A stretch of DNA of 64,000 nt from Pelagibacteraceae bacterium (GTDB lineage Bacteria > Pseudomonadota > Alphaproteobacteria > HIMB59). Below are positions 45,440 through 55,403 of the stretch, piece after piece (positions within the stretch are counted from its first letter, which is position 1; every line of letters begins with the position of its first letter). The notes beneath the pieces were generated by a model. The model was not told where the DNA came from, did not search any database, and worked only from the letters and a program-made list of their open reading frames with translations. Made by a program: the position numbers and the translations under genes. Location: positions 30,945-94,944 of the forward strand of contig BOYI01000003.1 in assembly GCA_019651435.1 (NCBI GenBank), read 5' to 3'.

Positions 45440-46117
45440 TAATAGCTACTCACATTATCAATTTTAAAATTATATAGATTTCTTGCTGAACCATACCTTT
45501 TAAATTTCTTAGGATCAGCTTTAATATTTTGAGCCTTTAAAATAGAACTTAGATGTTTTATTTCCTTTTCATTCATCTCTTTTTCAATGCAATCTGCACC
45601 AAGACTTTTTTCTTTACCTAGACAATAAATTTTAGCCTCATAAATTGAATCTCCAAGGTATTCATCTGCATCGCCCAAAATTATTAAGTTCCCACTTTGA
45701 GCCATAAAAGCAGACATATGGCCCACGGAACCTTTTACAATAATATCAATTCCCTTCATTGAAATACCACATCGAGAACTAGCATCGCCATCAATAACTA
45801 AAGTGCCTCCATGTCCTGTTGCACCTGCTGATTGAGAGGCATTTCCTTTAACATGAACTAAGCCTGACATCATATTTTCAGCCACACCTGTTCCGACATT
45901 TCCTTCAATAATTATATTTGCATTCTTATTCATTCCAGCACAGTAGTAGCCTACATGACCTTTAATAGTCACTTGAACTTCATCTTGTAAACCTGCGCAT
46001 AAAGCATGATTACCCAATGGGTTTTTAATGACAAATTCTCTTTGATTAGATTTCGGATCTATTTTTTGTAAAAAGAGTTGACCTCTGTGAGTGATTTTTT
46101 GAAAGATCAAAATTCAT
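45439..46117 (-). CDS. mgsB: N-methylglutamate synthase subunit B (GXGXG)
   Basis: GHVGYYCAGMN, AENMMSG, ASQSAGATG, GHMSAFMAQSG, YGSARNLYNF. Confidence 0.85.
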
Positions 46118-46991
46118 TAACTACCCCAAGAATAAACAACACCCGGCTTGGGTTCGTAAATATTAGCTTTATTAACATCAGGTAAATGTGCCATTGCTTG
46201 AAATTCAGAGGCTATTGCAACGTAGTCTTTTGTTTCAGCAATTACCGCAGGTTTACAAGCAATTTCATCACGTAATACAGCAAAACCTTTTGGGTGCCTG
46301 TGATAAAGGTATAAAACCATCTAAATCTTTTAAACCATTAGTAAGAGTGTCTTTTAAAGAAGTTTTATTTTTTAAACTATTTGAAATATATCCTGCTGCC
46401 ACTTCAGTATCATTTTGTGATTTAAACTCTATTCCATCTTTAACCAGAGTGCGTCGAAGATTGTTGTGATTTGATAAAGAACCATTATGGACCAAACACT
46501 CATCCTCTCCTGTTGAGTAAGGGTGTGATCCATCTGTAGTAATTGCACTTTCGGTAGCCATTCTAGTGTGCCAATAGCATGAGAGCCTGAAAACTTATCT
46601 AATGAAAATTTCTTTACAACATCCTTAGGTTTCCAACTTGTTTAAAAATTTCAATAGATTTTCCATAGCCCACCAAATCAATCTGTTTAATGCTCTTTAA
46701 AAAAGGTATTGTTTTTTCAGGTTTAGACGAACTCTCAATTACGACGTGGTCAGAAATTACTTTATACTTAGCATTAGAAATTTTATTTTTAAGTAATTTT
46801 TTCAAATCCTTTAACTCAAAGTTATTTTGCAAACAAACAGTGTATTTAAATTTGCTTGACTTATTATAAATCGCAAAACCTGCACTATCAGGACCACGAG
46901 AGGCCATGTTATTCATCATGCCCGTTAACAATTTTCCAAGTTGTTTATTATATTTTTTATTCTTGAGATAAATCCCAACAATGCCACACAT
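46117..46991 (-). CDS. mgsA: N-methylglutamate synthase subunit A (Ntn amidotransferase; frameshifted)
   Basis: MCGIVG, RGPDSAGFAIY, RMATES, HNGSLSNH, NDTEVAAGY, ACKPAV. Confidence 0.85.
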
Positions 46992-46995
46992 TTAA

Positions 46996-47589
46996 TTAAA
47001 CTCCTTCGTAGCCGAATTCTAGAGCAGCATCGGTAATGCTATGATAAAAGGAACCACCAAAACTGCGAAGTGCATATAGGCGAATAGTTTTAGGGTCATT
47101 ACTAATGAAATCAATTAAAATATTAATTCCATTGTAAGTGGTATTAGCACAATTTCCCTCTTTAAAAATATTTTCATTAACATTTAAAGGGGAGCCTTTT
47201 TTAATAACGTCCAAAGTATGGGTTCCCTTAATTTCAACTGTAGCTCTGGAATGAGAAAGATCAGTAATTGCAAAATCATTATCATTACATGCAGAAGAAA
47301 TAAGGTTTTTTAGGTTAGAGTTAGTCGAAATACAAAGCCAAGTCTCAGGACCAATCCACAATATTCTTATATTCTCGTTTGCAGAAATTAATGGGTTTTC
47401 TTGAGGTAATGACAACCCATCAATTTTAATTTGATTTGATTGAACATCGCTTTTTCTAAACTTAGCTACTTGAAAAATTGATAAGTTCTTGATTTCAGAA
47501 ATTTTCAAAAGATCTTGCTTATTTTCATGATCTCCAAATAAACCAATTTTATGGTCAAATTGTAAAGCAGAAATATTTGTATCACTCAT
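46996..47589 (-). CDS. soxG: Sarcosine oxidase-family gamma subunit (N-methylglutamate dehydrogenase D)
   Basis: LWIGPETWL, TDLSH, LRSF, DAALEFG; fourth gene of the BDAG cluster. Confidence 0.85.
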   Translation of the reverse strand: MSDTNISALQFDHKIGLFGDHENKQDLLKISEIKNLSIFQVAKFRKSDVQSNQIKIDGLSLPQENPLISANENIRILWIGPETWLCISTNSNLKNLISSACNDNDFAITDLSHSRATVEIKGTHTLDVIKKGSPLNVNENIFKEGNCANTTYNGINILIDFISNDPKTIRLYALRSFGGSFYHSITDAALEFGYEGV

Positions 47590-47590
47590 T

Positions 47591-50590
47591 TTATGACCTT
47601 ACCCTCTCTCCTTTAGGATCGACATAATGGGAAGAAACCACCTCTACAGGAATTGAAATATCTTTAAGTGGAGAAACAGCAATTAATTGTTTTCCAATTT
47701 GTTTCTTTCCATCTTTTAAAATTGCAATTGAAAATGGGTTGTTGTATTCCACACTCCAACAAGATGAAGATACATGTCCTAATTTTGGAATAGGAGTTGG
47801 GGCTTTATCATCAACTACTATATGTGAACCTTCAGGTATTTTACTTTTTTTATCAACTGGGACTAGTCCAACAATTGTTTGTCTATCTTCACTTACAAAA
47901 GCATCTTTTGATAATGATCTTTTACCAATGAAATCTTTTTTTTGACTAACCATTCCATTTAATCCAACATCGTATGGGATGTTTCTTCCATCTAATTCTG
48001 GACCAGCAACGTGACCCATCTCTATTCTCAAAGTCGATAAGGCCTCTGTTCCGTATGGCTGAACACCAAACTCAGAACCTACATCCATAATTTTTTTCCA
48101 TAAATGAAGACCGTAATTTGACTCGACATTCACTTCGAAAGCAAGCTCACCAGAAAATGAAATTCGATAAATTCTTGCTGGAATATCACCTAGTTTTGTA
48201 TCAACGAGACCCATAAAAGGAAGACCTTCATTAGATAAATCAACATCAGGGAATAATTTTGATAAAAGCTCTCTGGACTTAGGTCCTGCAACCGCTACTC
48301 CTGCCCACTGCTCTGTTGTTGACAAAACATTAACATCAAGTTCAGGCCAAACAACTTGAAGATAATATTCTAAATGAGAGAGTACGTTTGCCGCCTGTGC
48401 TGTAGTGGTAGTCATATGAAAATGATTTTCTGAAAGTCGAGATGTGGTTCCATCATCAAAAACCATACCATCTTCTCTTAACATCACTCCATAACGTGCC
48501 TTACCTACTGGAAGTTTAAGCCAGGCATTGGTATAAACTCGGTTTAAAAATTCTGGCGCATCTGGGCCTTTAATATCTATTTTTCCAAGTGTAGTAACAT
48601 CACAAATACCAACATTTTTTCTAACATTAGCTGCTTCTCTATTAACAGCATCATTCATTGTTTCTGTTCCTCTTGGGTAGTATCGAGGTCTGACCCATAA
48701 GCCTGCAGCAACAAAAACAGCGTTATTTTCTTCATGCCAAGTATGAACTGGAGATTTACGTGTTGGAAGATAATGATTTCCAACTTCACGACCAACAATT
48801 GTACCAATTGTGACTGGCGTATATGGTGGACGGAAAGTTGTATGCCCTACTTCTGGAACAATCTTCTTTTCAATATTTGATACATATTGAAGACCGTTTA
48901 AGTTACTTGTTTTACCCTGATCACCAGCCATACCTAAAGTAGTGTAGCGTTTAACATGTTCAATGGATCTAAATCCCTCTCTAAGTGCCAACTCTACATC
49001 TGAAACTGCAACGTCATTTTGAAAATCTATAAACCTTTTTGGTTTTTGACCATTTGGTAATGGCATGCACCAGAGTTTTTCATGAGGTTTTTGATCAGGC
49101 TCATTTGAGATTGGTGTGTCAGTCTTAATGTCGTTTGAAGTAAACTTATTAGAAAGTTCAAAACCTACTTGAAAACCTTCCGCTAATGATTGGTCTAAAG
49201 TAAAGGCTCCATTGGCAGAGCCAACGGCAGTTTCTTTTTGTCTTTTTTTATCAGGAACAAACGCATCAATGTCTTCGTTAAATTTTAATTTATTTCCTGC
49301 TTGCGAAGAAAGGTGAACAGTAGGTGTCCAACCACCGGACATACAAATACAATCACAATCAACTTCTTCAAGAGAGATAAAATTTTCTTTTTGATTATCT
49401 AAAGTACCAATGGTAGCAGATTTAATTTTTAAATGACCTTTAGTATTAGCTATGCCTGAATTAAATCTTATGTTGATACCTTGTTCTTGAACTTCTTTGA
49501 CAAGTTGGCCATCAGAGTTATCTCTAGTATCAACAATGATTGGTTTGATATCGTTTTTGATAAATTCTAAAGCAGTAGCGTAAGCAGAGTCATTATTAGT
49601 GAAAATTATTGGCTTCTTACCTACAAGAGTTTCATATACCTTCATGTATTCCCTTGCAGCAGAGGCAAGGAATATGCCTGGTCTGTCGTTATTTCCAAAA
49701 GAAATCGGTCTTTCAATAGAACCTGTAGAAACAATTACTTCACCTGCCCTTATATAGTGTAGTCTTTGGCGAGGTGTGTATTTAGAGGAGTTTTCAAGAT
49801 GATCGCTTACTCTTTCAAACATCACAGTCATGTTATGGTCATAATAACCAAATACTTGAGAGCGATTTTTGACAACAACATTAGGCATATTTTTGAGCTG
49901 TGAGATCACATCACTTGCCCACTCTCTTCCTGACATATTGCCAATGGTCACGTCATCGTTTAATAGCGAACCTCCAAAATGAGCCTTATCTTCAGCAAGA
50001 ATAACCCTTGCACCATTTTTGGCAGCCGCTAGCGCACTTGATAATCCTGATGGTCCAGATCCAACTACTAAAACATCACAATGCTCATAGTTATGTTCAT
50101 ATCTATCAGGATCGGGCGACAGGGGGGCTACGCCCATACCTGCAGCTTTACGAATAAATGGTTCATAAACTTTAAACCAAAAACTTTTTGGCCACATAAA
50201 AGTTTTGTAATAAAAACCTGCTGGGAAAAAACGATTTAAAATATTGTTTATCTCTCCGATATCAAATTTTACAGATGGCCAACAGTTTTGACTTTTAGCT
50301 TTTAAACCTTCAACTAATTCAACTTCAGTAGCCATGATATTAGGCTCAGAGCGGTCACCCTCATGAAGTTGAACCATTGCATTTGGTTCTTCTACCCCTG
50401 CCCCTAAAAAGCCACGAGGTCGATGATATTTAAAACTTCTACCGACTAAATGAATGCCATTAGCAATTAAAGCTGAAGCAAGTGTATCACCCTCATAACC
50501 TTGATAGGAGTCTCCATTAAATGTGAAGTTAATAATTTTTTCTTTATTGACTAAACCTTTGGAGTTTGAAGTTCTATATTGATTACTCAT
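47591..50590 (-). CDS. soxA: Sarcosine oxidase-family alpha subunit (N-methylglutamate dehydrogenase C)
   Basis: GDTLASAL, RSFKYHRPRG, AGFYYKTFMWP, EHVKRYTT.GM..DQGK, C-terminal GcvT/folate domain. Confidence 0.93.
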   Translation of the reverse strand: MSNQYRTSNSKGLVNKEKIINFTFNGDSYQGYEGDTLASALIANGIHLVGRSFKYHRPRGFLGAGVEEPNAMVQLHEGDRSEPNIMATEVELVEGLKAKSQNCWPSVKFDIGEINNILNRFFPAGFYYKTFMWPKSFWFKVYEPFIRKAAGMGVAPLSPDPDRYEHNYEHCDVLVVGSGPSGLSSALAAAKNGARVILAEDKAHFGGSLLNDDVTIGNMSGREWASDVISQLKNMPNVVVKNRSQVFGYYDHNMTVMFERVSDHLENSSKYTPRQRLHYIRAGEVIVSTGSIERPISFGNNDRPGIFLASAAREYMKVYETLVGKKPIIFTNNDSAYATALEFIKNDIKPIIVDTRDNSDGQLVKEVQEQGINIRFNSGIANTKGHLKIKSATIGTLDNQKENFISLEEVDCDCICMSGGWTPTVHLSSQAGNKLKFNEDIDAFVPDKKRQKETAVGSANGAFTLDQSLAEGFQVGFELSNKFTSNDIKTDTPISNEPDQKPHEKLWCMPLPNGQKPKRFIDFQNDVAVSDVELALREGFRSIEHVKRYTTLGMAGDQGKTSNLNGLQYVSNIEKKIVPEVGHTTFRPPYTPVTIGTIVGREVGNHYLPTRKSPVHTWHEENNAVFVAAGLWVRPRYYPRGTETMNDAVNREAANVRKNVGICDVTTLGKIDIKGPDAPEFLNRVYTNAWLKLPVGKARYGVMLREDGMVFDDGTTSRLSENHFHMTTTTAQAANVLSHLEYYLQVVWPELDVNVLSTTEQWAGVAVAGPKSRELLSKLFPDVDLSNEGLPFMGLVDTKLGDIPARIYRISFSGELAFEVNVESNYGLHLWKKIMDVGSEFGVQPYGTEALSTLRIEMGHVAGPELDGRNIPYDVGLNGMVSQKKDFIGKRSLSKDAFVSEDRQTIVGLVPVDKKSKIPEGSHIVVDDKAPTPIPKLGHVSSSCWSVEYNNPFSIAILKDGKKQIGKQLIAVSPLKDISIPVEVVSSHYVDPKGERVRS

Positions 50591-50855
50591 TAAAATCCTC
50601 ATTCATTTTACAAGTTGAAAAAATTTCATGTGTTGCTGTATCTCTTGAAGCTTTAAACCATTGACGACATCCAGATACATGTTGCCACAATTCTGTATGC
50701 TTTCCTCTTGGATTATCCCTGAAGTAAACAAAGTCATCCCAATCTTTAGTCGAAATTTCTTCTCCTAAAGCTGGTCTTTTGATATTGCCATCACCACCAT
50801 ATGAAAATTCATTTTGAGATCTCTTCCCACAATAAGGACATTTAATTTCTAGCAT
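50583..50855 (-). CDS. soxD: Sarcosine oxidase-family delta subunit (N-methylglutamate dehydrogenase B)
   Basis: CPYCG.R...EF.YGG, NPRG..E.W.H..GCRQW Zn motif. Confidence 0.92.
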   Translation of the reverse strand: MLEIKCPYCGKRSQNEFSYGGDGNIKRPALGEEISTKDWDDFVYFRDNPRGKHTELWQHVSGCRQWFKASRDTATHEIFSTCKMNEDFNE

Positions 50856-50858
50856 GAT

Positions 50859-52115
50859 TTAACCAATCCAAGGTTTTGGACCGACGCCTTTTTCATCAAT
50901 AATATTGCCAGTATGGAAACGATCTAGATTAAATTCAGCATTAAGTTGATGTACTTCGTTTTTAGCAATCGTATGTGCAAATACCCAACCAGAACATGGT
51001 GTAGCCTTAAAACCTCCATAACACCAACCACAATTTAAATAGACTCCATCGATATGAGTCTTGTCAATAATTGGTGAACCATCCATGGACATGTCCATAA
51101 TACCGCCCCAGGTTCTTAACATTTTCAAACGACTGAAGTTAGGAAAAACAGCCAGACCTCCAGTTAAAACGTGTTGGATCATAGGCATGTTGCCTCTTTG
51201 GGCGTAACTATTATATCCATCTAAATCGCCGCCCATGACCATTTCACCTTTGTCAGACTGGCTACAATAGAAGTGACCAGCACCAAAAGTGACAACATGA
51301 TCAAGAATTGGTTTAACAGGTTCAGAAACACAAGCTTGTAAAACATGAGCCTCAATTGGTAATCTCATATTCAACATATCTGCTAACAGAGTAGTACTAC
51401 CTGCTACACATAAACCAACTTTTTTAGCTTTAATATTTCCTCTAGAAGTTTGAACACCTTGTACTTTTCCATTTTGAACATCGAAACCTGTGACTTCACA
51501 ATTTTGAATAATATCTACACCCATAGCATCTGCTTGACGAGCATAACCCCAAGCAACAGCATCGTGTCTCGCAGTTCCTCCTCGAGGTTGCATTAATCCA
51601 CCATGAATTGGAAAACGACATGTATCAGAGAAGTCTGCGAAAGGAATCATTTTTTTTAGATCTTCTCTACCAAGCAATACGGCATCGATACCATTTAAAC
51701 GCATTGCATTACCTCGACGAGCGTAAGCATTCATTTGAGCATCAGAGTGAGCTAAGTTAATGATACCTCGAGGTGAGTACATCACGTTATAGTTAAGTTC
51801 TTGGCTTAGGGTTTCCCATTGTTTCATACCAAACTCGTAAAAATGAGAATTAGCATCAAACATATAATTAGATCTTAAGATGGTAGTGTTTCTTCCAACA
51901 TTACCTCCACCTATCCAACCTTTTTCTAAAATTGCAACATTGGTAATACCATGCTCTTTAGCAAGATAATAAGCGGTAGCTAAACCGTGGCCACCTCCAC
52001 CAACTATGACAACATCGTATTCAGATTTTGGCTCTGGATCTTTCCAGGCAACCTCCCAATTTTCGTGATTAGAAAAAGCATTTTTTACAAGACTAAAGAT
52101 GGAATATTTTTGCAT
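50859..52115 (-). CDS. soxB: Sarcosine oxidase-family beta subunit (N-methylglutamate dehydrogenase A)
   Basis: GGGGHGLATAYYLAK, GGNVGRNTT, ARHDAVAWG, GWCYGGFKATP; co-transcribed with mgsABC, so likely mgdABCD. Confidence 0.93.
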   Translation of the reverse strand: MQKYSIFSLVKNAFSNHENWEVAWKDPEPKSEYDVVIVGGGGHGLATAYYLAKEHGITNVAILEKGWIGGGNVGRNTTILRSNYMFDANSHFYEFGMKQWETLSQELNYNVMYSPRGIINLAHSDAQMNAYARRGNAMRLNGIDAVLLGREDLKKMIPFADFSDTCRFPIHGGLMQPRGGTARHDAVAWGYARQADAMGVDIIQNCEVTGFDVQNGKVQGVQTSRGNIKAKKVGLCVAGSTTLLADMLNMRLPIEAHVLQACVSEPVKPILDHVVTFGAGHFYCSQSDKGEMVMGGDLDGYNSYAQRGNMPMIQHVLTGGLAVFPNFSRLKMLRTWGGIMDMSMDGSPIIDKTHIDGVYLNCGWCYGGFKATPCSGWVFAHTIAKNEVHQLNAEFNLDRFHTGNIIDEKGVGPKPWIG

Positions 52116-52170
52116 GAATCAATTTACCTCTTCGAAAATATATATCTCAAAATAATCAGTGTAACAATAC

Positions 52171-52189
52171 TGTTTCATAATATGAAACA
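52171..52189. promoter_or_regulatory. Palindromic operator TGTTTCA-taata-TGAAACA in the divergent soxB/tmm promoter
   Basis: Perfect 7-bp arms; same motif as 41919-41977. Confidence 0.75.
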
Positions 52190-52293
52190 ACATTTAACTT
52201 GATTGTTATTTTGTTGCACCCCCATAAATTGCATAAAAATCGATTTGAAATCAAAAGATTTGTAATTAATATTAGATTTTTCGGAGGAATATA

Positions 52294-53628
52294 ATGACAA
52301 AAATAGCTTTAATCGGAACAGGCCCTTGCGGTTTATCATTTTTAAGATCACTTCATCAAGCTGAAAAAAATGGTGATTCCATTCCAGAGGTGGTTGCGTT
52401 TGAAAAACAAGCCGATTGGGGTGGTTTATGGAATTATACTTGGAGAACTGGTTCTGATCAATTTGGTGATCCGATACCTAATAGTATGTATCGATATTTA
52501 TGGTCTAACGGTCCAAAAGAGTGCCTAGAATTTGCTGATTATTCATTTGATGAACACTTTCAAAAACCTATTCCATCTTTCCCTCCTCGAGAAGTATTAC
52601 AAAATTATATTCTTGGTCGTGCTGAAAAATCAGATGTTAAAAAATATGTAAAATTTAATACAACAGTTAGCAGTGTCGTTGATAACGGTAATGGATTTGA
52701 TATTACCTATACAAATAAAATAGATAATTCAGTTCATAAAGATAGTTTTGACAAACTAATCGTTGCAACAGGTCACTTCTCTGTTCCTTATATACCTGAA
52801 TATGAGGGGATGAATAGTTTTCCAGGAAGAATTATGCACTCTCATGATTTTAGAGATGCTGAAGAATTTCGAAATAAAAATGTAGTTATACTTGGGAGTA
52901 GTTACTCAGCTGAAGACGTAGCATTACAGTGTTACAAGTATGGTGCTAAGACAGTAACAATTGGTTATAGAAATAATCCAATGGGATTTAATTGGCCTGA
53001 AGGAATGAAGGAAGTTCATTACATGGACAAAATTGATGGTAATAAAGCGATCTTTAAAGATGGAACGGTGCAAGAAATGGATGCTCTTATTCTCTGCACA
53101 GGATATTTACATCACTTTCCATTTTTATCTGAAGATTTAAAACTTAAAACCCACAATAGGCTATACCCACCAATGCTTTACAAAGGTGTTGTTTGGCAAA
53201 ATAATCATAATTTATTCTATCTTGGAATGCAGGATCAATTTCATACTTTTAATATGTTTGATGCTCAAGCTTGGTATGTCCGAGATATCATTATGAATAA
53301 AATTAAACTTCCAAGCGATGATGAGATTTCAAATGATATCAATAGTTGGGTTAGTAAAGAAGAGGCACTTGAGGATGCCTACCAAATGATTGATTTTCAG
53401 ACTGATTATTGTGTTGATCTTTGTTCTGCAATTGATTACCCAAAAATAGATTTTGAACTCATCAAAAAACATTTTTACGATTGGGAACACGACAAAGAAG
53501 CTAATATTCTTACATATAGAGATAAATCTTTTTCATCCCCAGTTACAGGTACAACTGGACCATCCCACCATACTACTTGGCTAGAAGCTATGGATGACTC
53601 AATGGCTACTTACTTAGATACAAAATAG
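52294..53628 (+). CDS. tmm: Trimethylamine monooxygenase (bacterial FMO)
   Basis: GTGPCG, WGGLWNYTWRTG, SMYRYLWSNGPKECLEFADY, FPGRIMHSHDFR, GSSYSAED; RBS GGAGGA. Confidence 0.93.
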   Translation: MTKIALIGTGPCGLSFLRSLHQAEKNGDSIPEVVAFEKQADWGGLWNYTWRTGSDQFGDPIPNSMYRYLWSNGPKECLEFADYSFDEHFQKPIPSFPPREVLQNYILGRAEKSDVKKYVKFNTTVSSVVDNGNGFDITYTNKIDNSVHKDSFDKLIVATGHFSVPYIPEYEGMNSFPGRIMHSHDFRDAEEFRNKNVVILGSSYSAEDVALQCYKYGAKTVTIGYRNNPMGFNWPEGMKEVHYMDKIDGNKAIFKDGTVQEMDALILCTGYLHHFPFLSEDLKLKTHNRLYPPMLYKGVVWQNNHNLFYLGMQDQFHTFNMFDAQAWYVRDIIMNKIKLPSDDEISNDINSWVSKEEALEDAYQMIDFQTDYCVDLCSAIDYPKIDFELIKKHFYDWEHDKEANILTYRDKSFSSPVTGTTGPSHHTTWLEAMDDSMATYLDTK

Positions 53629-53637
53629 ATTTAAATA

Positions 53638-53805
53638 ATGAAAAACAACCATATCAATCTTTTAGGTTGGATATTATTTATCATATCAGCTGTAGGATTT
53701 ATTATTTCAAGTATTGGTAGTTTTTGGGCTATGTTTGGGAGTATTTTTTTCTTTGTAGCTTGTTTTGTTTTCCTAATTCCCTTTTTTAGAAAAGAAAAAG
53801 AATAG
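53638..53805 (+). CDS. Small two-TM membrane protein (55 aa)
   Basis: MKNNHINLLGWILFIISAVGFIISSIGSFWAMFGSIFFFVACFVFLIPFFRKEKE; tightly packed between tmm and the VOC gene. Confidence 0.65.
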   Translation: MKNNHINLLGWILFIISAVGFIISSIGSFWAMFGSIFFFVACFVFLIPFFRKEKE

Positions 53806-53809
53806 TATA

Positions 53810-54187
53810 ATGTTTTATTCAGGTATTTGTTTTGGAACAAATGACCTGGATAAAGCTGGTAAATTTTACGATTTAGTATTCAAGACTATTAATGTTGTCA
53901 GATGTCAAACAACTGATAATGAAATTGGTTACGGATCATCAATTGATGAGGAGTGTTTTTGGATTATTAAACCATTTAATAAAGAGCCTGCTACACGTGG
54001 TAATGGTTCTCAAATGATCATTACGGCCAATTCAAAAAATGAAGTAGATTTATTTTATGCTGCAGCTCTAAAAGCTGGTGGGTATGATGAGGGCGCACCA
54101 GGATTAAGAGATCATACTCCTAATTATTATGGAGCTTATATCAAAGACCTTGATGGAAACAAAATCCATATTTACAAAATACTCTAA
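53810..54187 (+). CDS. VOC/glyoxalase family protein
   Basis: GTNDLDKAGKFYD, PATRGNG, GGYDEGAPGLR, YYGAYIKDLDGNKI. Confidence 0.85.
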   Translation: MFYSGICFGTNDLDKAGKFYDLVFKTINVVRCQTTDNEIGYGSSIDEECFWIIKPFNKEPATRGNGSQMIITANSKNEVDLFYAAALKAGGYDEGAPGLRDHTPNYYGAYIKDLDGNKIHIYKIL

Positions 54188-54199
54188 GCTAAATTTATT

Positions 54200-55393
54200 T
54201 TAAGGAATTGTAGTATCCTTACCTCTCGGAATAAGTTTATCTTTATCGTAGAATGGTAATTCCACTACTTCACAATCTATAAAACTATCATCTAAACTTT
54301 CTGCTCTTACTTTAAAATCAGTCCACTTACCTGAATAGTTAAATCTTACATAACCAATATATTTTTTTAGAGTTGGGGACCAAGTTGATGCAGGAAGATA
54401 TCCAACAACTTCATCATTAGATAAATAAACATTAGATTTATATTTAAAAGCTTTTTCAGAAATTATACCAAATAATCTTTTTCCTGATTTTTTACTTAGT
54501 TCCACTAATGCTTTTTTTCCAATAAAATCATCTTTGTCTAAATCAACCAGTCTGCCAAGTCCAGCTTCAAAAGGATTCATAGAAGAGTCAAAATCAGTAT
54601 TGCTGTCTAATATACCTCCCTCAATTCTTCTCATTTCCATTGATAAAATTCCATCAAAATGTAGTCCTAGAGGTTTGCCTATTTCAAGAATTGTATTCCA
54701 AAGTTTTTTATAATTAGTATCTCTACCTAAGCTATAAATTTCATAACCAAGCTCTGCTGTCCAGCCTGTTCGTGAAATATAAACTTTTTGCCCTGCTATC
54801 TCAAAAAATCCAGAGTGATAATATTTAAAATTTTCATCCAAGGATCCATTTGTAAGTTTTGATAATATTTCTTGTGATTTAGGTCCTTGTATTTGAATAG
54901 ACCTAGATGAGGGATCTGAAATCTTTACATTATAATTTGCTTGATGAGCTTTAAGCCAAGTCTCCAGTGGACCGTCAGGTTGAACATACCAATACTTATT
55001 TTCTTCTAACCGAAAAAAAACGCCATCTATAAAAATTCCACCATCTTCATAGCATGCTATGGCATATCTACCCCTTCCCACATTCATTGTAGAAATTTTT
55101 CTACTAAATACTTTGTCTAAAAACTCTCCTGCTTGAGGGCCTTCTATTTGAATAGGCTTTTCTGGAGTATCGTACATGACAGCTTTTCTTCTCAGATTCC
55201 AATACATTTCCTCCGTATCATTGCCTAGCGATATTGGATAAAAACGTTCAGCATAAACACCATATAGATTGTCTTCCTTATGATAAAAATCAAAGTACGG
55301 CCCTTTATCAAACCTTTTCATACCAACTGGTAATGTTGTTGACTTACTAACGAAAGTGGCTTCTTTTCCTACAAATTCCTTTTTTTTAGTCAC
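54200..55393 (-). CDS. Stand-alone GcvT-family aminomethyltransferase (folate-binding)
   Basis: EIEGP-like QIEGP, GGIFIDG, ISRTGWTAELGYEI, RRIEGG, PFEAGLG, VELPFYD. Confidence 0.88.
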   Translation of the reverse strand: MTKKKEFVGKEATFVSKSTTLPVGMKRFDKGPYFDFYHKEDNLYGVYAERFYPISLGNDTEEMYWNLRRKAVMYDTPEKPIQIEGPQAGEFLDKVFSRKISTMNVGRGRYAIACYEDGGIFIDGVFFRLEENKYWYVQPDGPLETWLKAHQANYNVKISDPSSRSIQIQGPKSQEILSKLTNGSLDENFKYYHSGFFEIAGQKVYISRTGWTAELGYEIYSLGRDTNYKKLWNTILEIGKPLGLHFDGILSMEMRRIEGGILDSNTDFDSSMNPFEAGLGRLVDLDKDDFIGKKALVELSKKSGKRLFGIISEKAFKYKSNVYLSNDEVVGYLPASTWSPTLKKYIGYVRFNYSGKWTDFKVRAESLDDSFIDCEVVELPFYDKDKLIPRGKDTTIP

Positions 55394-55403
55394 TTGATTA
55401 AAT

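Noticed and set aside
35900-46991. Calling the glutamate-synthase-like triads true GOGAT (gltB/gltD)
   Set aside because: They are split three-subunit GlxBCD/MgsABC-type proteins next to soxBDAG-like and GmaS genes, and no gltD is present.
52213-52235. TTGCACCCCCATAAATTGCA as a sigma-54 promoter or NtrC box upstream of tmm
   Set aside because: It lacks the -24 GG with correct spacing, and the TGCA half-sites are 11 bp apart rather than 9.
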